This document shows, in pieces, positions 1 to 12,045 of a DNA stretch of 64,000 nt. Origin of the DNA: Marsupella aquatica. Lineage: Eukaryota > Plantae > Marchantiophyta. A program made the translations under genes and the position numbers. Where the stretch lies: the NCBI GenBank assembly GCA_973895155.1, contig OZ316895.1, positions 18,671,880-18,735,879 on the forward strand, read 5' to 3'. The notes beneath the pieces are model-generated. The model was not told where the DNA came from. It was given only the letters and a program-made list of their open reading frames with translations, and did not search any database. Position 1 is the stretch's first letter. Every line of letters starts with the position of its first letter.

Positions 1-48
1 GAAGAAAAGACAGAGGAGAAACGAAGGAAAAAGCAAGATACTACTCCG

Positions 49-3000
49 GTGCAGCCAGCGATAAATACACCCCCGGAAAAGGACGATGACTACCGACGGG
101 ACGACCCGAAGCTGTTCTTCCCCCGCATCGAAGAATTGGTAAAGAAACAGCTGGAGGCTTACGAAGCTCGGGAATACCAGAAGGCAATCGATAAGGACAT
201 CAAAGCAGCCGAGACAGCCCGGCGACAGGAGCAAGAAAAGCAAGATAAACAAGAGGAAGCCAAGCAGCAGCCAACGAAAGAAACAAAGGAGGACTATGAT
301 ATTAAGGAGGACGTGAAGAGTTGCCCGGTTACAGCGACGGTGGGGCAACTGCTGCAGAACAACCCACAGTACAGACGACAACTGAGGGAGTTGCTCATGG
401 GTCGCCGAAGGAGGAGACTACCCCGAGTTGGGAGTGCGGACTGCAACATGATATGCGAGGACCTTGGAGCGCCGGACATCTCGATCAAAATTAATAACTG
501 TACCATCAAGATGGTTCTTGTAGACGGAGGAGCGGGAGTCAACATCATGACTGAAGAAACGTCAATCAAGTTAGGATACCTCACGTATCAACCCACGGTC
601 CGAGCTATCAGATTAGCAAACGGGGCAAGGGTCCTCCCATTAGGCACGCTCACACGAGTGCTCACTCTGGTGGGAGGGGTAGAGTTCTATCTCAACTTCT
701 TAGTCATGAGGCCGGTTCGTCCCTCCTCTTACCCGGTTCTTCTGGGCAGGCCGTGGTTGTACGGTGGCTGCGTAGTCACGGATTGGGGAAAGAAGGAGCT
801 ACGGTTCGGGGAACCCACCGTACGGGTATCCTGGGCAATGGACGATTATCAGGGAGAAACCCCACAAGGACCCGAGGAATATGATTCGGAGACCTCGGAG
901 GAAGAGGAACTCAATATGATCGAACTCATCTCGTCCCTATCCGAGGAAGATGTCTTCGGAGTTGAAGCAACCCGAGAAACACATCTCCTAAATTACCCGA
1001 GGGCTGCCATTGTGTCCACCCCAAGCACATCTACTGTCGGGGATGAGGAAACACACGAACAACTCGTCAAGACGGAGGACACGGCTCCAGCTAAGCAGGG
1101 AGCCGAGGCTACTCCTTCCATTTCAGAGCCACGTAACCATGAACCAGCCCAACAACTGCCTGAGGCCGAAAACTCGAGACCGAGACATAAAAAGCGAGTC
1201 TCATGGGATCCGTCCATTCCGCAATTGGAGGAAGTAAACCCCATCCCGAGACCAATCCCGGCCCCACCCATGTACGGAGGAGTTCGGTTAGCTGAGCTTG
1301 ACGCGAGCCTGGACCCGAGTCTGCGAAACCAGGTTGAAGTCATCAGGAAGGAGCACTACCGGAAGTACACTATTGGGATGGACAAATCTTTTAACCTGGG
1401 CCACGCTCTGATGGGGAAGGCTGAAAAATCCATCCAAGCTTTGCTCAAGGAATATGAAGATGTGTTTGCATGGAGTCATCATGATTTAACAGGCGTCTCC
1501 CCCGAGTTGGGAGAACACACGATCGATCTGAACCTAGGAGCCCATGCGGTACGACAGCAACAACGTCACATGAATCCGAGGTACTCCATCTTAGTGAAGG
1601 AGGAAATTGATCGTCTCCTCGCCGCCGATATCATTTACCCGGTAATGGCCAGCGACTCGGTCTCTCCCATTGTCATTGTACCAAAGAAGGGAGGTACGGA
1701 TGGAAAACCTAAGATTCGTATCTGTCAGGACTACCGTAAGCTGAATGACGCAACCCGAAAAGACCATTACCCATTACCATTCACGGATATGGTTCTAGAT
1801 ATGGTGGCCCGAAATGAAATCTATACATTTCTTGACGGGTATTCAGGTTATAACCAAATCTGGATTCGTCTCGCGGATCAGCTCAAAACAACTTTCACTA
1901 CGGAGTGGGGGACGTTCGCATTTCGGAGGATGCCTTTTGGTCTGTGTAACGCCCCGGCCATGTTTCAGCGCCTTATGATGAATATCTTCCACGATTTCCT
2001 ACGGGAATTTTTGGAGATATTTATCGATGACTTTGCCATCTTCGGAACCGTTGCCATGCACCCCGAACACCTACGACGAACGTTGCAACGATGCCGAGAT
2101 ATTAACCTCAAACTATATCCCGCCAAATGCTTCTTCGGGGTAGAGGAGGGGGTGTTACTCGGGCATCGTGTGTCCAAACGGGGCATTGAGGTGGACCAAG
2201 AGAAAGTTGCGGCCTGGATGGCGGTGGTTTTCCCCTTGGATCAAAAAGCAGTACGATCCTTCTTGGGCTGCGTAGGGTATTACCGCCGGTTCATTAAAGA
2301 CTTTGCTAAAATTGCGTTGCCCTTAACTGAGATGATGAAGAAGGATGCAGTGGTCGAGGAGACACCCCGAAGACGGATTGCTTTTGAGGAACTCCGTAAA
2401 CGACTCACCACCGCGCCTATCATGGTCACCCCAGACTGGAATAAGGAGTTCCACGTGTATGTCGATGTGTCAGGGTTCTGTATCGGATCCGTACTTAGTC
2501 AGCTAGATGAGGATGGACGTGATCACCCCATCTATTTTGCTAGCCGTCAACTATTTGCAGCCAAAAAGAATTATTCCCCCACTGATCGAGAAGCTTTGGG
2601 AATAATCTACTCGTGTAAAAAGTTCCGACACTATCTGCTAGGCTACAAGGTCATTTTCCACACGGATCATGATAGCCTGAAGTACATGGTCAACAAAGCG
2701 GATGTGACAGGACGGATAGCCCGGTGGGTGCTACTTCTCCAGGAATTTAATTACGAAGTTCAGGTTCGGCCAGGAAGGGTACACCTCAATGCCGATTTCT
2801 TTTCATGACTGGACGGCGTACCAGTCGATCAGCCAATTGATGATATTTTTCCGGATGAGGAGTTGTTCCACGTGGGGGAAGGGACACCAACGTGGTACGG
2901 CTCAATAATCACCTTCCTTTTAACAGGCCGCATCCCTGACGGCATCAATCAGGAGGCCGCCGCTGTGTTTTTACGGAAAGCCGGGCCTTACGTCATGATA

Positions 3001-4233
3001 CAGGGTCACCTACATAAGGAAGGTATTAATGGAAAGTTATGACGCTGCTTAGAATATAAGGAGACACTTATCGTGATACGGGCCCTGCATGAAGAAGAAG
3101 CTGGAGGCCATTTCGCGGCAGTTACGACAGCCCGAAAGATTTTGGACTCGGGGTATTGGTGGCCTACGTTGCATCGGAATGTACAGCGCTTCATTAAGGG
3201 TTGTGACTTGTGTCAGCGAGCGGGGGCCCCGAGGCGGGCTCATCATCACCCGCTCACATCTGTGCTTCCATTGGCACCATTCGAAAAATGGGGAATTGAT
3301 TATATCGGGCCGTTCACTCCCGTTACCCGAAGGCGAAGGTGCAGGTACATCCTATTAGCTATTGATTACTCCACCAAATGGGTCGAAGCGCGGGCTATGG
3401 TAAAGGACGACGCCGCAACCAGTGCCAGATTCTTATACGAACAGATTTTCACCCGATTCGGACCGCCCTTAGAATTGGTAAGCGACCGTGGAACCCACTT
3501 CCTCAATGACACCGTAGCCCAGCTTACGGAGCGTTACCTAGTCAAGCACCGCAAAACTACCCCATATCATCCTAAAGCCAACGGGATGGCGGAGAGAGCA
3601 AATGGTATCATTGGGAAGATCCTCAACAAAACTGTAGCTGCGCACAAAACGGATTGGGATGATAAGTTGTACGCAGCGGTGTACTCGTATAATCTAGCTT
3701 ACAAAACTACTACGAGTCACAGCCCGTACTTTCTGGTGTTCGGCCAACATTCGTTGGTGCCCGTCGAATTTGAAGTGCACACTCCACGGGTCAGCATTCG
3801 GGATCGCTTACCTGAATCTGAAAGTCTGTCAGATCGAGCTTATCAGATTGAAGCCTTGGAAGAAGCACGGCTACTGGCAGCTCGACACACCGTGAAGAAA
3901 CAGGCAACTTCGAAGAAGCAGCACGACAAAGGACTACGGAGGGTCGACGTCGTGGCAGGCGATCTAGTCCTTCTGTACGATAGAAGGTACATGCAGTTTC
4001 CAGGGAAGCTGCATACCCGGTGGTTGGGGCCCTTCCTTGTCAATCAGATCTACCGAAACGGATCTTTGGAGCTTGCGACGTATACCGGCGATTTACTCCC
4101 CACGCGAATCAGCTACGATCATGTAAAAAAGTACCACCATCAAGATGACGACGCCGATAGCGATGTTCGCGAGGGCGCTTCACAATTAAGCAGGGAGCTA
4201 TGTGACGCCGCCGGTACGGCGGTTAATGAGTGA
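49..4233 (+). pseudogene. gag-pol remnant (protease, RT, RNase H, integrase) with two in-frame TGA stops
   Basis: Protease VLVDGGAGVN; RT FLDGYSGYNQI and IFIDDF; RNase H FHVYVDVS; integrase HEEEAGGH..CDLC, WGIDYIGP, SDRGTHF. TGA stops at 2806-2808 and about 3040 are consistent with CGA>TGA. The ORF runs 33 nt into the LTR. Confidence 0.93.
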
Positions 4234-4558
4234 TTCAGTCTAACTGCGCTCTGCATGCGCGTTAGGTGGGTCTTAGGCCGCTATTATTAGCATAACGACA
4301 GTATTTAGGTAATCATTAGGGGTAGGACATCATTAGGCAATAAGGGGGACTTCAGGTTTGGACTGGCGGCGGGTCGCTATTCGCACACCCGGGTTACGAG
4401 CGTGGAAGGGCCCCTCCCTCGGGTCCGTATAACGAACTTAAGGAAGCGGCCACTGACGCACGCTGACTCAGACCGGCGGAGTGGCCGGTACACCACAAGC
4501 GTGAGCGGTTCAGCCTATGGGCGTCGAGGAGACGTCGGGGATCGACAAGCCCTCAAAG

Positions 4559-4565
4559 TATAAAA
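4559..4565 (+). promoter_or_regulatory. Candidate TATA box in LTR-C
   Basis: TATAAAAGGG about 360 bp into the LTR and about 100 bp upstream of the ATG at 4667; conserved at 27116-27122. Confidence 0.6.
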
Positions 4566-4666
4566 GGGGAGCCAACCCTTTGTAGTGCACCAGTCCATCA
4601 GTCCGCGCGCCAACTTCGACCCCAGTTCTCTCGTTCTCTCTAGGTTGCCACTACTATCTCCTTTGA

Positions 4667-7312
4667 ATGTCGCACACGATCCTCTCTAGCTTGGCCATTC
4701 AATTCTGGACGCAGTTCCTATCTACCGGAAGGCACTTGGCCGATTCATTGAAACACGCCAACCCGCGCCGATATGAAATCGAACGCGAATACGAGAGAGC
4801 CATCCGCCTAGCAGGACGACACCACTATGTCCTTAACTTTGACTACCCGTCTCAGAGTGAGCTTTACCGACCAGCAGAGGTATCTGGGTACTTCTTCAAC
4901 GAAGACAAATATATCGAGTTCTGGGAAGCATTGCTTCGGCTTCCGGACGAGGTCTTCAATATCCCGGGTATAATCGACCTGCAGCGACATCACTTCGACC
5001 ACATCCCTGCCCGGGTTCGGGCTGTCATTAACGGCGAGTCCAGTACCAACCGTTCGACAAGGGCGTCCGCACTCGCTTCGGAGAACTTCTACCAGCACCT
5101 GCAGAGCTTCATGGGAACTCGGCCATCAACCAACATGACCAACTCAGCCGTGCCCGTACCCGTACCCGTGCCCATGCAACCCCAGCCTCAACCTTAGGCT
5201 CAGCTTCAGCTTCAGCCTCAGCCGCAGCCTAGCCAAACCCCACCACCTATCACCCAGCCAGCACAGGTACGCTCCGTCATCAACGCTGTGGATCTTAGCG
5301 ATGACGACGAGGCTACCCCACCCTTGACCAGGCGGCCCAGAGGAACAAGCGCTCGGGGGGCCGACACTATGTCGTCCCCACCCCCTGCTCTGACCCCAGG
5401 AGCGGCCCCAGCAGACAACATGGTGACCGTGGCCGCCCCGGGCCCGTTACCAACGGCAGTGGCACTCCCCAGGCCTGATCGGGAGGATGGGGAAGTATCA
5501 CCTTCCCCGAGTCAGTCATGGGGAAAGAAGAGGAAGGAATCCGCCACTGCATCCGGGTTACCGTTGGCCACGGTAGCCGTAGCCAAGGTGACGATGCACC
5601 GCATGGGGGAAAACGTTCACAGCAACATCCTCCATCCCAAGCATGCGGTGTACCTGAAGACTCAGGGATTTGAGCACCTCACCTCTCTCCCCTGGAACAC
5701 TTGCAGGTACTACGGGGAGGACATGATAGAATTCGTCAAGAATTATGACGACGTACGTCAACAGACTCGGCTGCAGGGAAGGAATATGTCCCTCACAGAA
5801 GAACGGCTCAAGATGATCTTCGGGTTACCCGAAGGTGACCATCGAGTCGAATCACGGGCTCCCGGGGGCAAGGGGGCCAAGTACCAATCTTCAAGTTTTC
5901 CCTCAGAGGGAGCAGTAGACAACGGGTTCGTGATGAGGACCTGCCTCATGCCCGAGATAGCTGAGCGGCTGGAGTTCCAAAGGTACGCTCTCCACATGAT
6001 GGAACCCCGGGGGGAGATCTCCGCCGCCCAGGTTATCCAGGTCGAGAACTATCGACCTAGGAAATGGGCGTCGTACTTCGCTAAGAAATTCCATGAAGAG
6101 ATGGAGCGGCGAAGGAAGACGCTGTACATTGGCGGGAAGGCGTATTTCGCTAGCCACATCGAAATCATTCTTGAGTGGTACGCCCGGTTTGATCGACGAA
6201 CCCTTCCCCGCATCAACGTTACAAAGCTGGTCCCAGCTAGGTGGGTTTTTCCGGCATTGGAGAGACGGCCCCAACCCGAGGCCCGAAGTCCAGTGGACAC
6301 GCCAGCTTCACCCACCCCACCTCCACAAATAGCTGTAATCGTAACCGAGGAGGCGCCGGAGGGGTCGGTCGTCGCAACCGTTGATGCGACCCAACTAGCC
6401 GGGCTAAGTACAGAAGTTGGTACGGCAGAGGTCTTACCCGAACCCGGGTCTCCCAATGACCCACCGGTGGCAATTCCGGAGAACCGGACATTGCTGCAGG
6501 AGGACACTCCAGCCCCTTCCTCCCCAGGGCTGGACGTCACTGCCCCGGCCCCTGCGCGTGTTGACGTCTGCCCGTGCCCAAATCCGGACAGGCACAACTT
6601 GGACCACCCGGAACTCTTCGTACAGGGTACGTTTCTGAACGGGCTTCTGGGAGATTTCTCTCATCAAATTGCCCGGGATACCGGGGAGTTCATGGCCCGG
6701 AAGGTAGCCTGTTTCTTCAATCAGGAGTTGGTTGCCGCCGTAAAGGCAGGTCGGGCCCTGTCGGAGGCCCTTCAGAGGATAGAGCGGTACCGGGTGGAGT
6801 CCGTGTACCTAAAGAACGAAGTGGCGGCTCAAGAGGCTGAGCTTCTGCAACTACGACCCAAGGTTGCAGCCACCGATGAGTTGTTAGCAAAGGCGCACGC
6901 TCTTACCGCCCTAGCCGAACAGGCCAAAGCTGGGAACGAGGCTGAGATTACACGACTCCCGAACTAGATTGACAGTTTGAAGAAACAAGCTGTCACCTGG
7001 CAGAAAGACCTGGAGGAGGCCGAGGAGCGAGCCCAGCGGGACACGGCGGAGATAGCCACGCTACAGGCCGAGATAGCGCGGCTCCAAACCGAGGCCGAGA
7101 AGCAGGACCAGCTGGCGGGTAAACTGACGAGCGACGCCCAGCAGCTGGAGGAGGCATGTCAGGAGGCAGCAGAGGAGATGGACGCGGCGAGGCGAGAGAA
7201 CGAATCTCTGCTGGACCAGGTCCAGCTCCGCAAAGCGGACAATGACAGGCTTCGAAGGCAGCGGGATGGCCGTTCCCATTCGGGCGGCTCTAGCAAGCGT
7301 GCCAGGCATTAG
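4667..7312 (+). pseudogene. LTR-internal ORF-C (881 codons): N-terminal domain, basic NLS-like patch, plant-transposon-protein/PMD-like domain, low-complexity linker, coiled coil
   Basis: ORFs 4667-5197, 5288-6967 and 6977-7312 share one frame and are separated by single TAG stops; both codons are CAG in the solo copy. Core motif LPW..DMIEFVKNY..TRLQGRNMSLT..IFGLPEG. Confidence 0.85.
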
Positions 7313-8208
7313 CGGCGGAGTAGGAATAGATTAGGATTAGGATTGGCTTAGTCAGGCTCTTGGGACAGGCACCTGCCTTAGGTACAGCAGCGCTGCCCTG
7401 TTGTCCAGCCTGCGTAGATTAGGATCTTCTAATAAGACACAGCCGTTTTCCGGCCTGACTGTCAGCTTAGTTAGGACCTTAGTCAGCAAATCTTCGGTGA
7501 GAGGACACCCCGTCCCTCGGTTCTTAGTATTTAGTGCACCCCTCGGTAGAGGCAGGGGGGTTTTTAGTTTCAGAGTCGGACATCCGCGGGATATGCGGGG
7601 AGTCCCGACCTCTGGGAATGAAAGAGTACCAAGGGGAGGGGGTAGGACTAAGCTCGCCGGGCGAGTGCGGAGCCGGGCTCTGTTGTAGTGTGCACCCTCG
7701 GCCTTGAACCTGTTCATTCCAGGGCTGTCGGGTCAACTAAGTGTACGCATATGTTCCCTTTGTAGTAAAATCCTTTCCCATCATTTTCCTTCGTGTAAAT
7801 CGAGATTGTATGCATGTGTGCGCATATGTGTGTGGGTTTCTCGTATATGGGTGGCAGCGCCAGGCCGAACGCACTACCCGAGACGTGCACAGGGTGCAGC
7901 CTGCGGGTAAGTGGTTGCGAGCACGGGTTGAGGACCTGTATCATCGAATCCGGATCGAAGGCGGACAGCACGAAGGCTTAGAAGCCCTTAAGCCAGGGTC
8001 GATCCTGCTATCGACTAAGGTATGTTCCGGCGGCGGAACATAAACTATACCTAGGAGGTGTCTGTATTTAGCAGTATGCGCACTTAGCGCTAGTTTACGA
8101 GAATAAGGTGCATTACGTGCTTCCCTTCTTGCCCGAACCCTCAGATTTACGAGAGATGTGCCTGTCTAAGCTGAAGTCTGAGTTAAGGCCGAAGCCTACG
8201 ACGTGACA

Positions 8209-11200
8209 TCTGTTGCTCAGGCAAGCCCTCGGGGTGGAAGCACATACCGACAATCAACTCAAGAAGGGTATGAGCAATGTCAATCAAGCTACTCATTTTT
8301 GGGGATGCCTGTTAGAACGGGCAACTGAGTACATTGGGACCTAGGAGGACGAAGAATCAGAGAGAGCAGCTCGAGAACGGCAGGAGCTTGCTCGGCTATG
8401 GGAGCTACATAAGTCTGCTTTCTTAGGAGGAGAACTCATTACGGCTGAATTCTTGTGGACGCCTACTGCCGACGAACTCGACGGTCTTCTGTTTTGTGAG
8501 AACAAAATAGTTGGCATCCGGGAGGCCATCAACCGTTGCAACAACATACACTGGGAGTTGAAGGGTAGCACGGAGGGGTGGACAAAGGCAACCGTGCTAG
8601 GAGAAACATCCACGGCAGCCGCTATGAAGAGGAAAGGGAACAACAACAAAGAAGCCACCCCTGCAAAAAGAACAAGGTCGGCGGCACCCAGGAAACCAGC
8701 AGAGCAGGGAAGCATGAGGCAAGCGGAAGCCAAAGAGGAGGAGGTTGACCCCATCAATGCCGTTCCAACAAGAGATGACACCTGGAAAGGCTGGGCGGCG
8801 ACCCTCCCCGAGGAGGTGCAATTACACTTTGCACGGGAAGAGGATGCATGCTTTACGGATATGCAGACTCGGAAATACCAGGGCTTCATGGCCGGATCCG
8901 GCTTGGAAGAAGCCATAAAGTTACCATGGCTGAAACCGGAGGTGCCGGATTCAGACTTACTAGAATTCATGGGATCATGGGAGCCCGAGACCAATTCCAC
9001 AAGGGTGTATGGGAAGGATTTCTATCTCACTCCCCGGGTGATTGCCGAAATATTTGGCTTGCCGATGGGCAATAAGACCAAAATAGATACTAGGAAGACG
9101 TTGCTAGACAAGGAGTTCCGGTCGTTTCTAGGGCCATCAACAAATAATGGCTTCTTCTGAAACACCTGCACAAACCCGCACATAGGAGAAATGATCAATT
9201 TCTTGTAGGTGACCATGCATTGTAACTTGCCGAGGGCAAAGATCGGCAAGGCACAGGTCTATCTGGGGGAGAGGCCAGACCCAAGCCGAGACTACAACGG
9301 GTACCTCCTCACCCAACTGAAGAAGATCTTGAAGGAGGAACAGCTGGTGATCGGCATGGGAAGCGTGTCCCGGCTTGGTTATCATATGCCGCTGTTGTGC
9401 CGGTATGCCCAAAGTCAGATATTCACCCTGGTACTGCCCCTACAGGCAAGAGCACCATAGGAGGTTGGGGAACTGAGGCCAGCAACAGAGAAACCGACCC
9501 AACCCGACAGTCCTACAATTGAGCAGGCGTTTAGGCCGAGGAAGGAGGACTTGCCGATGCAGCAACCAGGCATGCAGAATCTGCTGAAATTGCTGGAGAA
9601 GGAAAGGAGAACGGCAACGGCAACGGGACCAGTACAAAATACTGCTCCCAAAGTCGGCCTTAGCCAACTTACCAGGGAAAACCCCTTTACCGGGGTCAAG
9701 GAGAGAAGGGGGCTGGAACACGAGCCGGGAGTCCGAATGTATGTAGGAGCTTCAAGTCCCGAAGCCGAGGAAAAGTAGCCCAAAGCTCCTGGTCGCGACA
9801 AGGAGAAGATGAGATCAACATGGAAGCCGGAGGAACCAGGACCCGTGATCTGTGAGGCCGTGTTCATGGCAAGACCAGGACAGCAGCGTGGGGAGCCGGT
9901 AGTCCATGCCGAGGACGAGGCGGTAGAAGGCTACGACAATGATGACTCCGGCTACGGGTCGGACCATCATGTTCCAGGAATAAGGACCTGTGGCAGGTTC
10001 ATCCCCACTCTTCCAAGAGTAGTTCGAGGGGACCCGACCCAGTAGAGCAGCCCCGAGTCTCCCCCACCAGATGTCACTCCCCCTAGCTTTGACGGCATAA
10101 AACAGACAGCACATGAATTTCAGGAATGACTAAGGGAGGAAGAAGAGGCAACCCTGGCTAGGGAGAAAGATTTACCAGGAGGAGAATGGCCAGAGGACAT
10201 CAGGCGGCTTGCAGAAAAATGAAGCAGCCCTCCAGCCACGATAGAAGAAATTTGCAAGGCGGCTTGGGAAGAAAGGCCGTGGTGGATGATGCCGATGACT
10301 TCTACTCACTCCGCCTATGCTAAAGAAAGAGCCATGGAGTACGGGGAGATGTGTGGGGAACTTGCGCTCGGCATCTTTGGGGAGGAGTTTTGGAGCAGGG
10401 ACCCTTTTTCCAGAGGGAAATGTTGGAGAACTGCCAATTAGAAGAAGCGGTGGCTTTGGAGAGAAGCAAGAAGGACGAGGTCACCCGTCAACTTAGGGGC
10501 AGGGAAGCCAAGGTAGAAGACCTGAAGGCGGCCAAGAAAGCCCAAGATGAGCTGCAGATTAAGCGGCATGAGCTCAACATCATGCAGGGGCAATTGGATA
10601 CCGCGCAGTCTGATAATCAGATTATCAAGGATAAACTGACTCGGACCCAAGGTGAGCTGGCCAATTTGATCAAGGAGAAGGAGAAGTGGAAGCGAGAGCT
10701 GAGAGACGCAGAGGAGGCCCACATAGCAGCCAACAATCGGGCCATGGCGGAAACTCAGAGAAGGGAAAGGGCGCTGAAGGGGGAACTCGAGGATATCCGC
10801 GGAGCCCTTGAGCAGAAGGAAGCCGAGTTAGGAAAATCCTATCAGGCGATCATTGTGCTACGGTAGGAGCTCGGATCCATGATGGCCAGCTTCAAGGCCG
10901 ACCTGCGTGAGAAAGACAACCAGCTCGACCAGACTTATGCCAAGATGAATAAACTGGAGTCTCAGGTTGTTACGGAGCTCGACAAGGAGCTGAGAGCAAC
11001 CCAGGAGGAGAGGGCTACCTTAAAGAAGGAATTGGAGGAAGCCCAAAAGGAGCAGAAGGAGGCGCGCAAGGACCTGGATGAATTGCAAGAGGAGTTGGAG
11101 GAAAGCACGCGGAAGATGGAGAACTTACAACGGCGAGCCGACAACCCAAAGGAGCGACTGAAGAAACAGGCCGCAGTATTTAAGTGCTTGGCTTCCTCAG

Positions 11201-12045
11201 GTCCAACTCCAATTGGGGCAACCAAGTTGCCAGGAATAGTACTGGCCGAAGGACAAGCCGAGACACTCGCACCGGTGCCGGAGGTAAGTGGCAAGGGGAA
11301 GGGGCCAGCTGCCGAACCAAAGAAGAAGAAGAAGCAAAAACCTTTTGGGTCAGGGAGTAATACGACTCCTCAAGCCGTCGTGACCAAGGAGGTAAACCCA
11401 ACACCAACCTCAGGCAGTGTCACGGCAGAGGATCCAACTGCCCTAGAAGGCGGGGATGGCAAAGCCGAGGCCAGGATACTCGGTGATGAAGCCAGGGTAC
11501 CGGATCCACCACTAGAGCATGCCGGGGAGGCCATGGCCGATGTTGAGGCCGAAGCCGAGGGTGGACCTAGTCAGGCCGATGGAGAGTTGACTTGGTCCGG
11601 AGCAGGTAATCTGTCAGAGGACGGACCTACGGTAGTGGCTGCGGAGGAAGTGTTGGGGGTGTCCATTGAGGACCAGACACCGCTGCCATGACGGTGGTGG
11701 AGGGCCGCTCCTTTTAAGGAGGACGGACATGGAGGGAGGAGGCGTGAGTGGGTAGGGCGGGCTCAGATCTCCAAGTTTAGAATTAGGATCAGGACCAAGG
11801 GGCGGCCCTGACACTTAGCTTAGTGGGATTGCGGATCCACTGGTAAGAGCAACACTTGTGCTCCTGCCTCGCTATACATAGGTAGATTATAGTTAGGTAG
11901 ATTAGGCTTACGCTGCAAGGAATTAGGCGGATCCACTACCAGGATAAGTACCTAGGCAGCGGGGAGTTTAGGGCCTTCTTCCTTAGCAAGTTTTTAGTGC
12001 ACCAGCAGGGCTGGGATCAAGTAGTTAAAGAAGCTCTCGGTTAGT
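8209..12045 (+). repeat. Family B LTR copy 1 (partial; target of the family C element), with ORF-B remnant 8209-11691 on +
   Basis: Reverse-complement homology to about 16275-20103; begins immediately after the CA of LTR-C; multiple stops and frameshifts. Confidence 0.9.

Larger units (their letters stand above)
1..8208 (+). mobile_element. Ty3/Gypsy LTR retrotransposon (non-chromoviral, Athila-like RT), 3' portion; family C
   Basis: Domain order PR-RT-RH-INT, followed directly by a TG..CA 4.0-kb repeat that recurs as a TSD-flanked solo unit at 26757-30664. The 5' part lies outside the window. Confidence 0.93.
4201..8208 (+). repeat. 3' LTR of family C, 4008 bp
   Basis: Starts TGTGACGCCG after a short purine-rich tract (AAGCAGGGAG) and ends CGTGACA. 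Colinear end to end with 26757-30664. Confidence 0.92.

Noticed and set aside
4667-7312. ORF-C or ORF-B as envelope proteins
   Set aside because: No signal peptide or clear transmembrane segment; basic NLS-like patches and coiled coils instead.
8341-9000. Recurrent antisense ORFs in B and C LTRs (for example 8341-9000, 19312-19971, 6049-6597)
   Set aside because: They are shadows of GC-rich sense ORFs in repeated DNA and show no recognisable motifs.
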